Assembly (NCBI GenBank): GCA_049967655.1
Contig: JBMFSH010000007.1
Location: forward strand, 44,805-108,804
DNA: 64,000 bases
Direction: 5' to 3'
From: Acidobacteriota bacterium
Lineage (GTDB): Bacteria; Acidobacteriota; UBA4820; DSQY01
The translations under genes and the position numbers were made by a program. The notes below the pieces were generated by a model. It ran no database searches. It was given only the letters and a program-made list of their open reading frames with translations, and had not been told where the DNA came from. Shown here piece by piece: positions 51,733-59,956 of this stretch (its first letter is position 1; every line of letters starts with the position of its first letter).

Positions 51733-52068
51733 TCACCCCACCTCGCGGTGCACGCCGGGCTCATTGGTCAGGATGCGGCCCTGCAAGACGCCGCCGTCCT
51801 CCACCCGGAGGTGGGCGGCGCGGACGTCTCCGAGGATCTTGCCGGTGGGGCCGACGAGGGCCTGGCCCGACACCCAGACGTTCCCCTCCAACACGCCGTG
51901 CACCGTCACATCGCGGGCAGTGACCTCACCCTGGAGGTGCCCCGCCTGGGCCACCGTCACCGAGAGTTTGGAACGAACGTTGCCCTCTATTGTGCCTTCG
52001 ACCACCAGGTCGTCGTCGGTGACGATTCGGCCGGTGAAGCGGGTCGAGGCGTCGATGAGCGTCTCCAT
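51733..52068 (-). CDS. Bactofilin (second copy)
   Basis: METLIDASTRFTGRI...VEGTIEGNV...VEDGGVLQGRI (C-terminal part of the ORF-track 534-aa frame). Confidence 0.88.
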   Translation of the reverse strand: METLIDASTRFTGRIVTDDDLVVEGTIEGNVRSKLSVTVAQAGHLQGEVTARDVTVHGVLEGNVWVSGQALVGPTGKILGDVRAAHLRVEDGGVLQGRILTNEPGVHREVG

Positions 52069-52185
52069 GCGGGCGAACCTCCCCCATGAGTATACCCGCT
52101 CGGCCTTGGCCGGCAAAGGGTAACCGGGGCGACGGGGCCTTGCGCAGCCGTTTCCCGAGCGACCGGAGTTGGGTATACTTCTCCC

Positions 52186-52635
52186 ATGAAGTGGATGGCC
52201 GCGTCGCTGCTCGTGATCCTCTGGCTTCCCCTCCCAGCTCAGGAACCCCCAGCCAAACGGCTCGCTCCGCCGCCGGCGAAGGGAGGCGGCCAGGAACGCC
52301 TCTCGACGGCCCTGGAATGGGACCGCGATTTCGACCTCCTGCTCGAGGTCGAGAATCAGCCGACCCGCGCGCAGCTCCTCCTCGCCTCCCGCATCGAGGA
52401 CCTGGAAAAGCAGGAGGAACATCTGTCCCAGCAACTGGCCGATCTGAGGGCGCGCTCGGCGGCGCTGGAGGGCACCTACACCACCGAGGCCCTCCTCAGG
52501 GAGATGCTTCGCCAGGGGGTCTCCGACCTTCAGTCGGTGCAGAGGAACCTGAAAAACGACACGGACCGGACGCAGGCTCGCCTCCTTGAGGTCCAGTCCG
52601 AGCTCGCCAGGCTTCGTCGAGGGGCCGGGAGATAA
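52186..52635 (+). CDS. Hypothetical exported coiled-coil protein
   Basis: Signal MKWMAASLLVILWLPLPA-Q; long heptad repeats. Confidence 0.7.
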   Translation: MKWMAASLLVILWLPLPAQEPPAKRLAPPPAKGGGQERLSTALEWDRDFDLLLEVENQPTRAQLLLASRIEDLEKQEEHLSQQLADLRARSAALEGTYTTEALLREMLRQGVSDLQSVQRNLKNDTDRTQARLLEVQSELARLRRGAGR

Positions 52636-52638
52636 TCC

Positions 52639-54003
52639 GTGCGCATCCTCCTGGCGGAAGATCGGGCCAGTCTCAGGACGGTCCTGGCGGAGACCCTGAC
52701 CCGCGCCGGATATCAGGTCGTGGAGGCAGCCGAGGGAAGGGCCGCTATGGCCCTCGTGGAGGAGGGCGGGTTCGACCTGGCCCTCTTCGACCTCAAGATG
52801 CCGGTTTACAGCGGGACCCAACTGCTGCTCGCCAGCCGCGAGCGATGGCCGCTCGTTCCGGTGGTGCTGCTCACGGCCTACGGTTCCGTGGAGGTGGCCG
52901 TGTCCGCCATGAAGGCCGGGGCCTTCGACTTCCTCAGCAAGCCCATAGACACGGACCACCTGCTCATCGTGGTGGAGAGGGCCCTTGGCGCGAGCCGGCA
53001 GGAGCGTCGGCAGGAGAGCCTGGAGACCGAGCTGGGGCGCTCCCCGATCTTTCAGGGAATCGTGGGCAGGAGCGGCGCGCTTCGGAAGGTGCAGGAGGAG
53101 GCGGCCAAGATCGCCCGCACGGATACGACCTGTCTGATCCTGGGCGAGACGGGAGTGGGAAAGGAGCTCTTCGCCCGGGCGATCCACGATGGGGGGCCCC
53201 GCCGTGACGAGCCCTTCGTGGCCGTGAACTGTGCCGCCATCCCCGCCACCCTTCTGGAAAACGAACTCTTCGGGCACGAGAAGGGCGCCTACACGGGCGC
53301 CCACGACTCCCGGATGGGACGCTTCGAGCTGGCGCACCGCGGCACGATCTTCCTGGACGAGATCGGGGAGATGGGCCCCGAACTGCAGGCCAAGCTACTT
53401 CGCGTCCTCGAAGAAAAGCGCTTCACGAGGGTGGGAGGGACGCGGCCCGTGATCGTGGACGTGCGCGTCTTGTGCGCCACCAACCGGGAGCTCTCCGATC
53501 TGATCCGGGGCAAACTCTTCCGGGAAGACCTCTACTACCGGCTGAGCGCCTTTCCCATCCGCATCCCCCCCCTTCGAGAACGCAGGGAGGATATACCGTT
53601 GCTGGCTGCCCACTTCGTGAATCACTTCCGGCAGGAGCTCGCCAAGCCCGCCCTGCGCCTGGTTCCCGAAGCGGAGGCCTGGCTGGTTTCACAGCCGTGG
53701 CCTGGCAACGTGCGGGAGCTCATGAACCGGATCGAGCGGGCTGCCATCCTGGCGGAGGCTGACGGAGCCATTACGCCGGCCATTCTTGCCGGCGGCGGCG
53801 GCGGAACGGCGCCCCCAGTCGGGGCTCCCGAATTCGCATCCTTGCTAGATCCCGAGGAGTGGCTGCGGGAGGAGGAGCGGTGGCGGGCGGTCGAGATCCT
53901 TCGCCGGTGCGGCGGAGACAGGCGCCGGGCGGCCAGAATCCTGGGGCTCACCCCCGTCCGAATGAACGAACTGCTGGCCCCTCGAGGCCAGGTGGAGCCG
54001 TGA
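52639..54003 (+). CDS. sigma54-dependent response regulator (NtrC family)
   Basis: Receiver (AED, FDLKMP, SKP), GETGVGKE, ELFGHEKGAYTGA, FLDEIG, WPGNVREL, Fis-like HTH. Confidence 0.95.
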   Translation: MRILLAEDRASLRTVLAETLTRAGYQVVEAAEGRAAMALVEEGGFDLALFDLKMPVYSGTQLLLASRERWPLVPVVLLTAYGSVEVAVSAMKAGAFDFLSKPIDTDHLLIVVERALGASRQERRQESLETELGRSPIFQGIVGRSGALRKVQEEAAKIARTDTTCLILGETGVGKELFARAIHDGGPRRDEPFVAVNCAAIPATLLENELFGHEKGAYTGAHDSRMGRFELAHRGTIFLDEIGEMGPELQAKLLRVLEEKRFTRVGGTRPVIVDVRVLCATNRELSDLIRGKLFREDLYYRLSAFPIRIPPLRERREDIPLLAAHFVNHFRQELAKPALRLVPEAEAWLVSQPWPGNVRELMNRIERAAILAEADGAITPAILAGGGGGTAPPVGAPEFASLLDPEEWLREEERWRAVEILRRCGGDRRRAARILGLTPVRMNELLAPRGQVEP

Positions 54004-54054
54004 ACATCTTGGATCTAACTCGCGTATACTGACACTCTTGCGTAGGAGCAAACG

Positions 54055-55836
54055 ATGGATGGTTCCGTAGGCGCAGGGCAGGTTCTGACCAAGCACACCC
54101 GCTGGGGGCTCTGGATCTTCCTTGCCATCCTGGGGGTCATCGTGTTGGGCGGCTTCCTCCTGGTGGTGGGCTTCGCCTCGCTCGTGAGCACCAACCAGGT
54201 GGCCGTCAAACCGGACTCCACCCTGGTGCTGTCTCTGAGCAGTCCCTTTCAGGAGTCTCCCCCCGATCCGATCGCCACCCAACTCTTTCACGCCAAGATT
54301 TACAACGTCTTCGACACGGTAAGGGCTCTGGACCGAGCGGCCAAGGACGAGCGCATCAAGAGCCTGCTCATCGAACCGGGGATGGGAGGCGCAACGGGCC
54401 TCGGGAAGCTGGAGCAGCTCCGGTCGGCCGTGGAACGCTTCAAGAAGAGCGGCAAGCCAGTCTGGGCTTACTACGAATCGGCCAGCACCGGCGGATATTA
54501 CGTGGCCTCCTGCGCGGACAAGATCTACGCGCCACCCTCGGGCGATCTCATCTTGATGGGACCCTCCATGGCGCTACCCTTCTTCGGCGGCACCTTGAAG
54601 AAGTTCGGGATCGTGCCGCAGCTCTACCACATCGGCGCCTACAAGTCTTACTCGGACACCTTCACCCGAACCGATGCCTCCGACGCCGAGAAGGAGGCCA
54701 CCAACGCCATTCTCGACAGCTTCTACGGCCAGATCGTAGACGGAATCGCCCAGGGACGCAAGCTCAGCCCGGACCAGGTCAAGGCGGCCATCGACGTGGG
54801 ATTTCTCTGGGGCTATCAGATGAAGCAGCAACGCCTGGTGGACGACCTTCTCTACCAGGACCAGGTGGAGCAGGGGCTCAAGAAGATCAACGGAAACCAG
54901 GATCGGTGGAATCGAATCGACATGGCCGACTACCAGAACGACCACCGGATCAACCTCAGCGAGGGGGCGAAGAAAACGGTGGCCTATGTGGTGGCCAGCG
55001 GGGACATTGTTTCCGGGGAGAAGGGACCGAGCAACATCGGCTCCGAAACGCTCATCCGTTGGCTGAGGAAGATCGGAGAGGACAGCGGGATCTCGGCGGT
55101 GGTCCTGAGGGTGGACAGCCCCGGCGGAGATGCCCTGGCTTCGGATGTGATCTGGCGGCAAGTGCAGGTGCTCCGAAAGTCCAAGCCTGTCGTCGTCTCC
55201 ATGTCGGACTTGGCCGCTTCTGGTGGGTACTACATCTCCATGGGCTCGGACGGAATCGTTGCCGAACCCGGGACCATCACGGGCTCCATCGGCGTGGTAA
55301 CGGGGAAGTTCGTGATCAAGGGCCTCCTGGACTTCGTGGATTTCAACATGGAGATCATGAAGCGGGGCAAGAACTCAGACCTCTTCAGCTCCTACACGCC
55401 CTACACCCCCGAGCAGGAGCAGCTCATCCAGGGCCAGATGCAGAGCTTCTACAAGACGTTCGTCACGAAGGCCGCGGAGGGACGCCATCAATCCTACGAG
55501 GCTATCGACCAGGTGGGACAGGGCAGGATTTGGTCCGGCGAGGATGCCCTCAAGCTCGGGTTGGTGGACAAACTCGGCGGCATCGAGGCGGCCATCGCGC
55601 TGGCCAAGGAAAAGGCGGGCATACCCCCGAAGGAGCCCGTCCATATCGTCATGTACCCGAAACCGAAGACGATCCTTCAGGCTTTCCTCGAGGAGAAGAC
55701 GGATTCGCTGGTCCGCGCCCGCGAGCGCAGTGAGGTGCCGCCCGAACTCTGGCAGCTCTATCAAGAATATGAGCAGGTGCGGCCCCTGGTGTCCGAACCC
55801 TTCTCCCTGTACACGCCCTTCCGGGTGACGATGTAG
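54055..55836 (+). CDS. sppA: Signal peptide peptidase SppA (protease IV, long form)
   Basis: N-terminal TM helix, GAYKS, LRVDSPGG, AASGGYY, TGSIGV, GRIWSG. Confidence 0.93.
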   Translation: MDGSVGAGQVLTKHTRWGLWIFLAILGVIVLGGFLLVVGFASLVSTNQVAVKPDSTLVLSLSSPFQESPPDPIATQLFHAKIYNVFDTVRALDRAAKDERIKSLLIEPGMGGATGLGKLEQLRSAVERFKKSGKPVWAYYESASTGGYYVASCADKIYAPPSGDLILMGPSMALPFFGGTLKKFGIVPQLYHIGAYKSYSDTFTRTDASDAEKEATNAILDSFYGQIVDGIAQGRKLSPDQVKAAIDVGFLWGYQMKQQRLVDDLLYQDQVEQGLKKINGNQDRWNRIDMADYQNDHRINLSEGAKKTVAYVVASGDIVSGEKGPSNIGSETLIRWLRKIGEDSGISAVVLRVDSPGGDALASDVIWRQVQVLRKSKPVVVSMSDLAASGGYYISMGSDGIVAEPGTITGSIGVVTGKFVIKGLLDFVDFNMEIMKRGKNSDLFSSYTPYTPEQEQLIQGQMQSFYKTFVTKAAEGRHQSYEAIDQVGQGRIWSGEDALKLGLVDKLGGIEAAIALAKEKAGIPPKEPVHIVMYPKPKTILQAFLEEKTDSLVRARERSEVPPELWQLYQEYEQVRPLVSEPFSLYTPFRVTM

Positions 55837-56112
55837 AGGGGTGTTGGATGGGGCGGGCAGCCGCCTGATGGAGGGCGCCGCTCGCCACTCCCGAAATGGG
55901 GGCCGCTCAGAGACGAGGGCAACGTCGTTCGTTCCCCGCGAGGGAGGCCTTCCCTCCTTCCGGGAAGCCCACAGGCGTGTGGTTCGCACCTCAGCAGGAA
56001 AAAACTTGAATCGTGTCCTTTGGGGGGCATTCGCAGCGAAGAGCCTTGCCCGGTCGAGCGGGGATGGCATCCTCCGCCGCCAAGCCTAAGTAGGCCTCGA
56101 GAAATCAGCGGG

Positions 56113-56141
56113 TTGACTCTTCCCCCGGGATGGGTTAGTCT
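56113..56141 (+). promoter_or_regulatory. sigma70 promoter
   Basis: TTGACT-N17-TAGTCT. Confidence 0.6.
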
Positions 56142-56159
56142 GCCACCGACGCGGGGGGA

Positions 56160-56804
56160 GTGAGCCACCCGCACGGAGGTTCTAGTCGATTGAAAATCCA
56201 CAACTTTCTGGTGGTAGCAACGCTGGGAGCGTGCACTCTCCTGGTCAACGTGTGGAGCAAGCCCCTCTCCTCTACCAGCCCCGTCGCGGTGGTCGAGGCC
56301 AGGGACGGGTTGCGGCCGCTCGAGAACGAGGTGCGGCGCCTGCTCAACGAGGCACTCCGCTACAACGGACAGCAATGGTCTCAGACCAACTTTGACGAGG
56401 CCTCCGCCGCGATCGTGCGGGTGGTGGTCACCTACCAGTACTCCCCCATGCTCGTCATGAGTCTCATTCAGATGGAGAGCTCCTTCCGGCTCGATGCCCT
56501 CTCCAGCCAGGGGGCCGTGGGGTTGACCCAGATCCTCCCTTCCACCGCAGATGCCGTGGCCAAAGCGCTCCACAAAACGCCTCCCACCGACGAAGAGCTA
56601 AAGAATCCGAGCCTCAACATCGAGCTCGGGTTTGCCTATCTAGCCCAACTGCAAGAGAGACTGGGGTCTCAGGAGGCGGCTTTGGCGGCCTACAACGCGG
56701 GTCCGGCCTTTGTGGAGCACAGAGTGGGCCTGCCGCTTCCCATGGCCGAATACAGGCGGGAGATCTCGCGGGGTGAGGCCACCGTCTTCCACTGGATGAA
56801 ATAA
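56160..56804 (+). CDS. Membrane-anchored lytic transglycosylase (SLT)
   Basis: IQMESSF, GAVGLTQI, ALAAYNAGP. Confidence 0.85.
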   Translation: MSHPHGGSSRLKIHNFLVVATLGACTLLVNVWSKPLSSTSPVAVVEARDGLRPLENEVRRLLNEALRYNGQQWSQTNFDEASAAIVRVVVTYQYSPMLVMSLIQMESSFRLDALSSQGAVGLTQILPSTADAVAKALHKTPPTDEELKNPSLNIELGFAYLAQLQERLGSQEAALAAYNAGPAFVEHRVGLPLPMAEYRREISRGEATVFHWMK

Positions 56805-56892
56805 CCCAACCCTTGATCGGGATCGCTGGTCTGAGATGATCTAGGGTGCCCCCCGCCCTACAGTCTTGGGGTACGGTGTGAAGGAGGTTTGC

Positions 56893-57123
56893 ATGCCCGA
56901 AGGTTTTGATGCGCGTGTCCGCGAAGTGATCGCCAGGATCCGTCCCGCCCTGCAAATGGACGGCGGCGACATCGAAATCGTGGAAATCCAAGAGCCCAAC
57001 CTGACGGTCCGGCTGGTGGGAGCCTGCCATGGCTGCCCCAGCGCGGTCTACACCCTCTACCAGGGCGTCTATGGCGAACTGAAGCGGAGCGTCCCCGAGT
57101 TCGGCGAACTCTTCGCCGTCTGA
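56893..57123 (+). CDS. NifU C-terminal (Nfu) Fe-S scaffold
   Basis: IRPALQMDGGDIE...GACHGCPS; AAGGAGG RBS. Confidence 0.92.
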   Translation: MPEGFDARVREVIARIRPALQMDGGDIEIVEIQEPNLTVRLVGACHGCPSAVYTLYQGVYGELKRSVPEFGELFAV

Positions 57124-57129
57124 ACTGAC

Positions 57130-57693
57130 GTGGTCTCCCCCCTGTCGCCGTCCGTTCGGAGGGACCTGCTGGCCTTGGCCCGTAAGGCTATCGGCGTGTA
57201 CCTGTCGGAGGGCCGAAGGCTGGTGGTGGGGGTGGACTGCCCCTCCATAGCGCCCGAACCTCGAGGCGCCTTCGTCACCCTCAAGCGCCGGGACGGAGCC
57301 CTTCGCGGGTGCATCGGAACGATCCTTCCCTCCGGCCCCCTGGATGAAACCGTGGCCCGCATGGCGGTGAGCGCCGCCACTGAAGATCCCCGGTTCCCAT
57401 CCGTCTCTTTGTCGGAGCTGCAGGCGCTGAGCATCGAAATATCCGCGCTCACGCTGCCCGAACCCGTGCGCGCCGTGGAGGCCATCGAAGTCGGCCGCCA
57501 CGGTCTCATCGTGAGCCGGGGGGGGCGAAGGGGGCTTCTGCTTCCCCAGGTTCCCGTGGAGTGGGGCTGGGACAAGCAGACCTTCCTGGAGCAGACCTGC
57601 CTCAAGGCCGGACTCCCACGCGGTGCGTGGAAAGAGCCGGGCACCCGCATGGAGTGGTTCGAGGCGGAGGTGTGGGGGGAGGCTCCCGAATAG
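57130..57693 (+). CDS. amrA: AMMECR1-domain protein (AmmeMemoRadiSam protein A)
   Basis: GAFVTL, LRGCIG, AATEDPRF, GLLLPQV, CLKAGL. Confidence 0.9.
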   Translation: MVSPLSPSVRRDLLALARKAIGVYLSEGRRLVVGVDCPSIAPEPRGAFVTLKRRDGALRGCIGTILPSGPLDETVARMAVSAATEDPRFPSVSLSELQALSIEISALTLPEPVRAVEAIEVGRHGLIVSRGGRRGLLLPQVPVEWGWDKQTFLEQTCLKAGLPRGAWKEPGTRMEWFEAEVWGEAPE

Positions 57694-57838
57694 GGATCTG
57701 CTGCTGCCTTATCATGGCCGCACGCGTGCAAGTGTGCTGTCCCTGAAAAGGGATTACCATTGAACCATGCGAAAGACAGCGCACGGAGGACCGCGGGAAA
57801 CAAGACTCCCCGCGAGACTCGGCACGAAAGGAGGCGTC

Positions 57839-59077
57839 ATGTCCAAGCGATTGTTCGCCATCCTGGCGTTGGCCAGCTTGGCCGGGATCGGCGCGTGGGC
57901 CAAGGGTCCAGCCGCGCCGCTGTCCCTGGGCCTTCAGCAGCCGGAGTATCTCAGCGTGCAGGTTGCCAACCCCATCACCCTGCTGGTTACCTCCCCGGCT
58001 GACTGTTCCAAGGGGCTGACCCTCTCGGTGAGCTCCGAAGACGGCCTGATCTCGGAGCCGGTTTGGAAGGAGCAGGTGCGCCTCCAGCCTGGGGTTAATC
58101 CGGTTACGGCCTGGATCGCTCCAGCTAAGTTGGCCGCCTTTTCCATCGGTGAGGATGTCCTGCTCACCGCGCGGATCGGACGGGCCACCGCGGAAACGGA
58201 GGTCACCCTGGCGGCGACAGGCAAGGCTCCGGAGGCCAGCAAGTGGTCCATCACCTTCGTCTCGAGGCCCGCCCTCCTGTACACCACATCGGACGCTACC
58301 CTGGCTTTTGTGGTGGTGAATCACAAGGGCAAGGCGAGGCAGGCCAAAATCGTTCTGAAATTCATCACCATGCGGGGCAGGGTAAAGGCGAAGATGAAGG
58401 TGGACACGGTGCTCCAGCCGGGCACGAACGCCGTGGACATCCAGGTCCCCGCCGCTACCGCCCTTCTCGCCAAGTCCCAGGGAGCGAACAAGCTGAGGGC
58501 GGTCGTGCAGGTGGAGGGTCAATCCCGCGCTAACGATGTGGCTTACCTGGACTATGACCTCAACGCCTCGGCGGTGGGCAGCCCGCTGAGCGGCGTGGCG
58601 CCCCTTTCGGTCTCTTTTGCGGGCGCGGTTTCGGGAGGCTATCCCCCCTATAGCTACGACTGGAAATTCGGCGATTCCACGCCTCATTCCTCGGAGCTCA
58701 GTCCCTCCCATACCTATTTGACGCCGGGCTCCTTCACCGCGCAGCTCACCGTGACGGACGCCCTGGGTGGAGTGGTGGAGGCGGCCCCCTTGACGGTGAC
58801 CGCTACTCCTCCCCTCGGCGTGACCTGCGCTGCCAGCCCCTCCGGGGGCGCCGCTCCCCTGGTAGTGACCTTCTCGGCGGCGGCCACGGGAGGGTCCGGA
58901 GCCTACGCCTACACCTGGAGCTTCGGCGACGGCAGCCCCGTGGACACCTCCCAAAACCCCAGCCACACCTATTCTGCTAACGGAACCTTTACGGCGGTGG
59001 TTACGGTCACGGCTGGAAGCCAATCCGCTTCCTGCCAGAAAACCATTACCGTGGGGGGCTCCACCCCGGTGCCCTGA
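57839..59077 (+). CDS. Secreted protein with two C-terminal PKD domains
   Basis: Signal peptide; two WxFGD...PSHTY...G.FT repeats; AAGGAGG RBS. Confidence 0.85.
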   Translation: MSKRLFAILALASLAGIGAWAKGPAAPLSLGLQQPEYLSVQVANPITLLVTSPADCSKGLTLSVSSEDGLISEPVWKEQVRLQPGVNPVTAWIAPAKLAAFSIGEDVLLTARIGRATAETEVTLAATGKAPEASKWSITFVSRPALLYTTSDATLAFVVVNHKGKARQAKIVLKFITMRGRVKAKMKVDTVLQPGTNAVDIQVPAATALLAKSQGANKLRAVVQVEGQSRANDVAYLDYDLNASAVGSPLSGVAPLSVSFAGAVSGGYPPYSYDWKFGDSTPHSSELSPSHTYLTPGSFTAQLTVTDALGGVVEAAPLTVTATPPLGVTCAASPSGGAAPLVVTFSAAATGGSGAYAYTWSFGDGSPVDTSQNPSHTYSANGTFTAVVTVTAGSQSASCQKTITVGGSTPVP

Positions 59078-59244
59078 CTAGTGGCGCTGCGTCTTCTAGC
59101 GGGCCGGCCTCGCAGGCGGCCACCGTGCCCTAGGCCTGACCGGCACCGAGGGCAGACGGCCTGGTGCCCAACTGGAAATGAGACAGCTCCGACCAAGGCC
59201 GTGACCGGAGTATACGGAATGCATGGAACGGGGTATTCTCCACC

Positions 59245-59257
59245 TAACTCTTTGATA
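59245..59257. promoter_or_regulatory. IHF-consensus site 1
   Basis: TAACTCTTTGATA matches YAANNNNTTGATW. Confidence 0.55.
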
Positions 59258-59343
59258 TTTCGTTGAATAAGTGCGCTTGCCCTCTCGCTGGTTAGCCGCC
59301 CTGCTAACTGAGTACACGCCGAAGGTCCCCTGCGGGAATCGCG

Positions 59344-59356
59344 CAACCCATTGATA
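59344..59356. promoter_or_regulatory. IHF-consensus site 2
   Basis: CAACCCATTGATA matches YAANNNNTTGATW. Confidence 0.55.
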
Positions 59357-59385
59357 AGGCTAGCTATTTGGCGATCCGCCTCGGA

Positions 59386-59401
59386 TGGTACCCTTCTTGC
59401 T
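59386..59401 (+). promoter_or_regulatory. sigma54 -24/-12 promoter
   Basis: TGGTACCCTTCTTGCT with GG-N10-GC spacing. Confidence 0.65.
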
Positions 59402-59436
59402 GACTATGGGCCAGGGAGCAGAGGGAGGGGCACCTC

Positions 59437-59826
59437 GTGGTGGCCAAGCGGGTAGCCAAGCTCGTATTTCTGGTTTCGATCAGCTGCGCCTTCTGTGCTT
59501 TGGGCCTGGGATCCTACGCCTCTCAATCCTCGTGGCCCTCACCCTCCTCCCGGTCGGAGACTGATCCCAGCCGTCTACAGGCGCAGGAGCAGCGGGACCC
59601 CATCGAGGCGCTCTCCCTGTCGCATGCCGATAACGGGCAGATGGCTCCCGACGAGGATGACGATTCCTCGCAGGACAAGGATCGTCCCCCACTCCAGCTG
59701 ATCTCATCTCCCCTTGCACCCCTTCTGCTCCAAGTGCGCTCCTGGGAGCGGCTCGCCCAGCCCGCCGCTCCGTGGATTCAGGGCCGGAGCACGCTTCTCC
59801 GAAGGCGAATCTTCAAGAAGCCCTGA
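59437..59826 (+). CDS. Small hypothetical protein with N-terminal hydrophobic segment (possible leader ORF)
   Basis: GGAGG RBS + GTG; signal/TM-like N-terminus, acidic disordered middle, ends RRRIFKKP. Confidence 0.55.
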   Translation: MVAKRVAKLVFLVSISCAFCALGLGSYASQSSWPSPSSRSETDPSRLQAQEQRDPIEALSLSHADNGQMAPDEDDDSSQDKDRPPLQLISSPLAPLLLQVRSWERLAQPAAPWIQGRSTLLRRRIFKKP

Positions 59827-59956
59827 CGGGGCCGCCGTGCTGGCAGGCCTCGGGGCCGGCAATCCCCACTTATCCATCGAGTGTCTTGTCCCATTGGCGC
59901 AAATGGTGTACCGGGTGTTGCTCCGCAATACCCAAGAGAGACTGGAGGTTGGTGTG

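Noticed and set aside
52069..53337. 534-aa ORF fusing a long N-terminus to the bactofilin
   Set aside because: The upstream part is antisense to the coiled-coil and NtrC-family genes; only the last 111 aa are bactofilin
59714..59956. N-terminal extension of the S53 protease
   Set aside because: The signal peptide and GGAGG RBS point to the ATG at 59957
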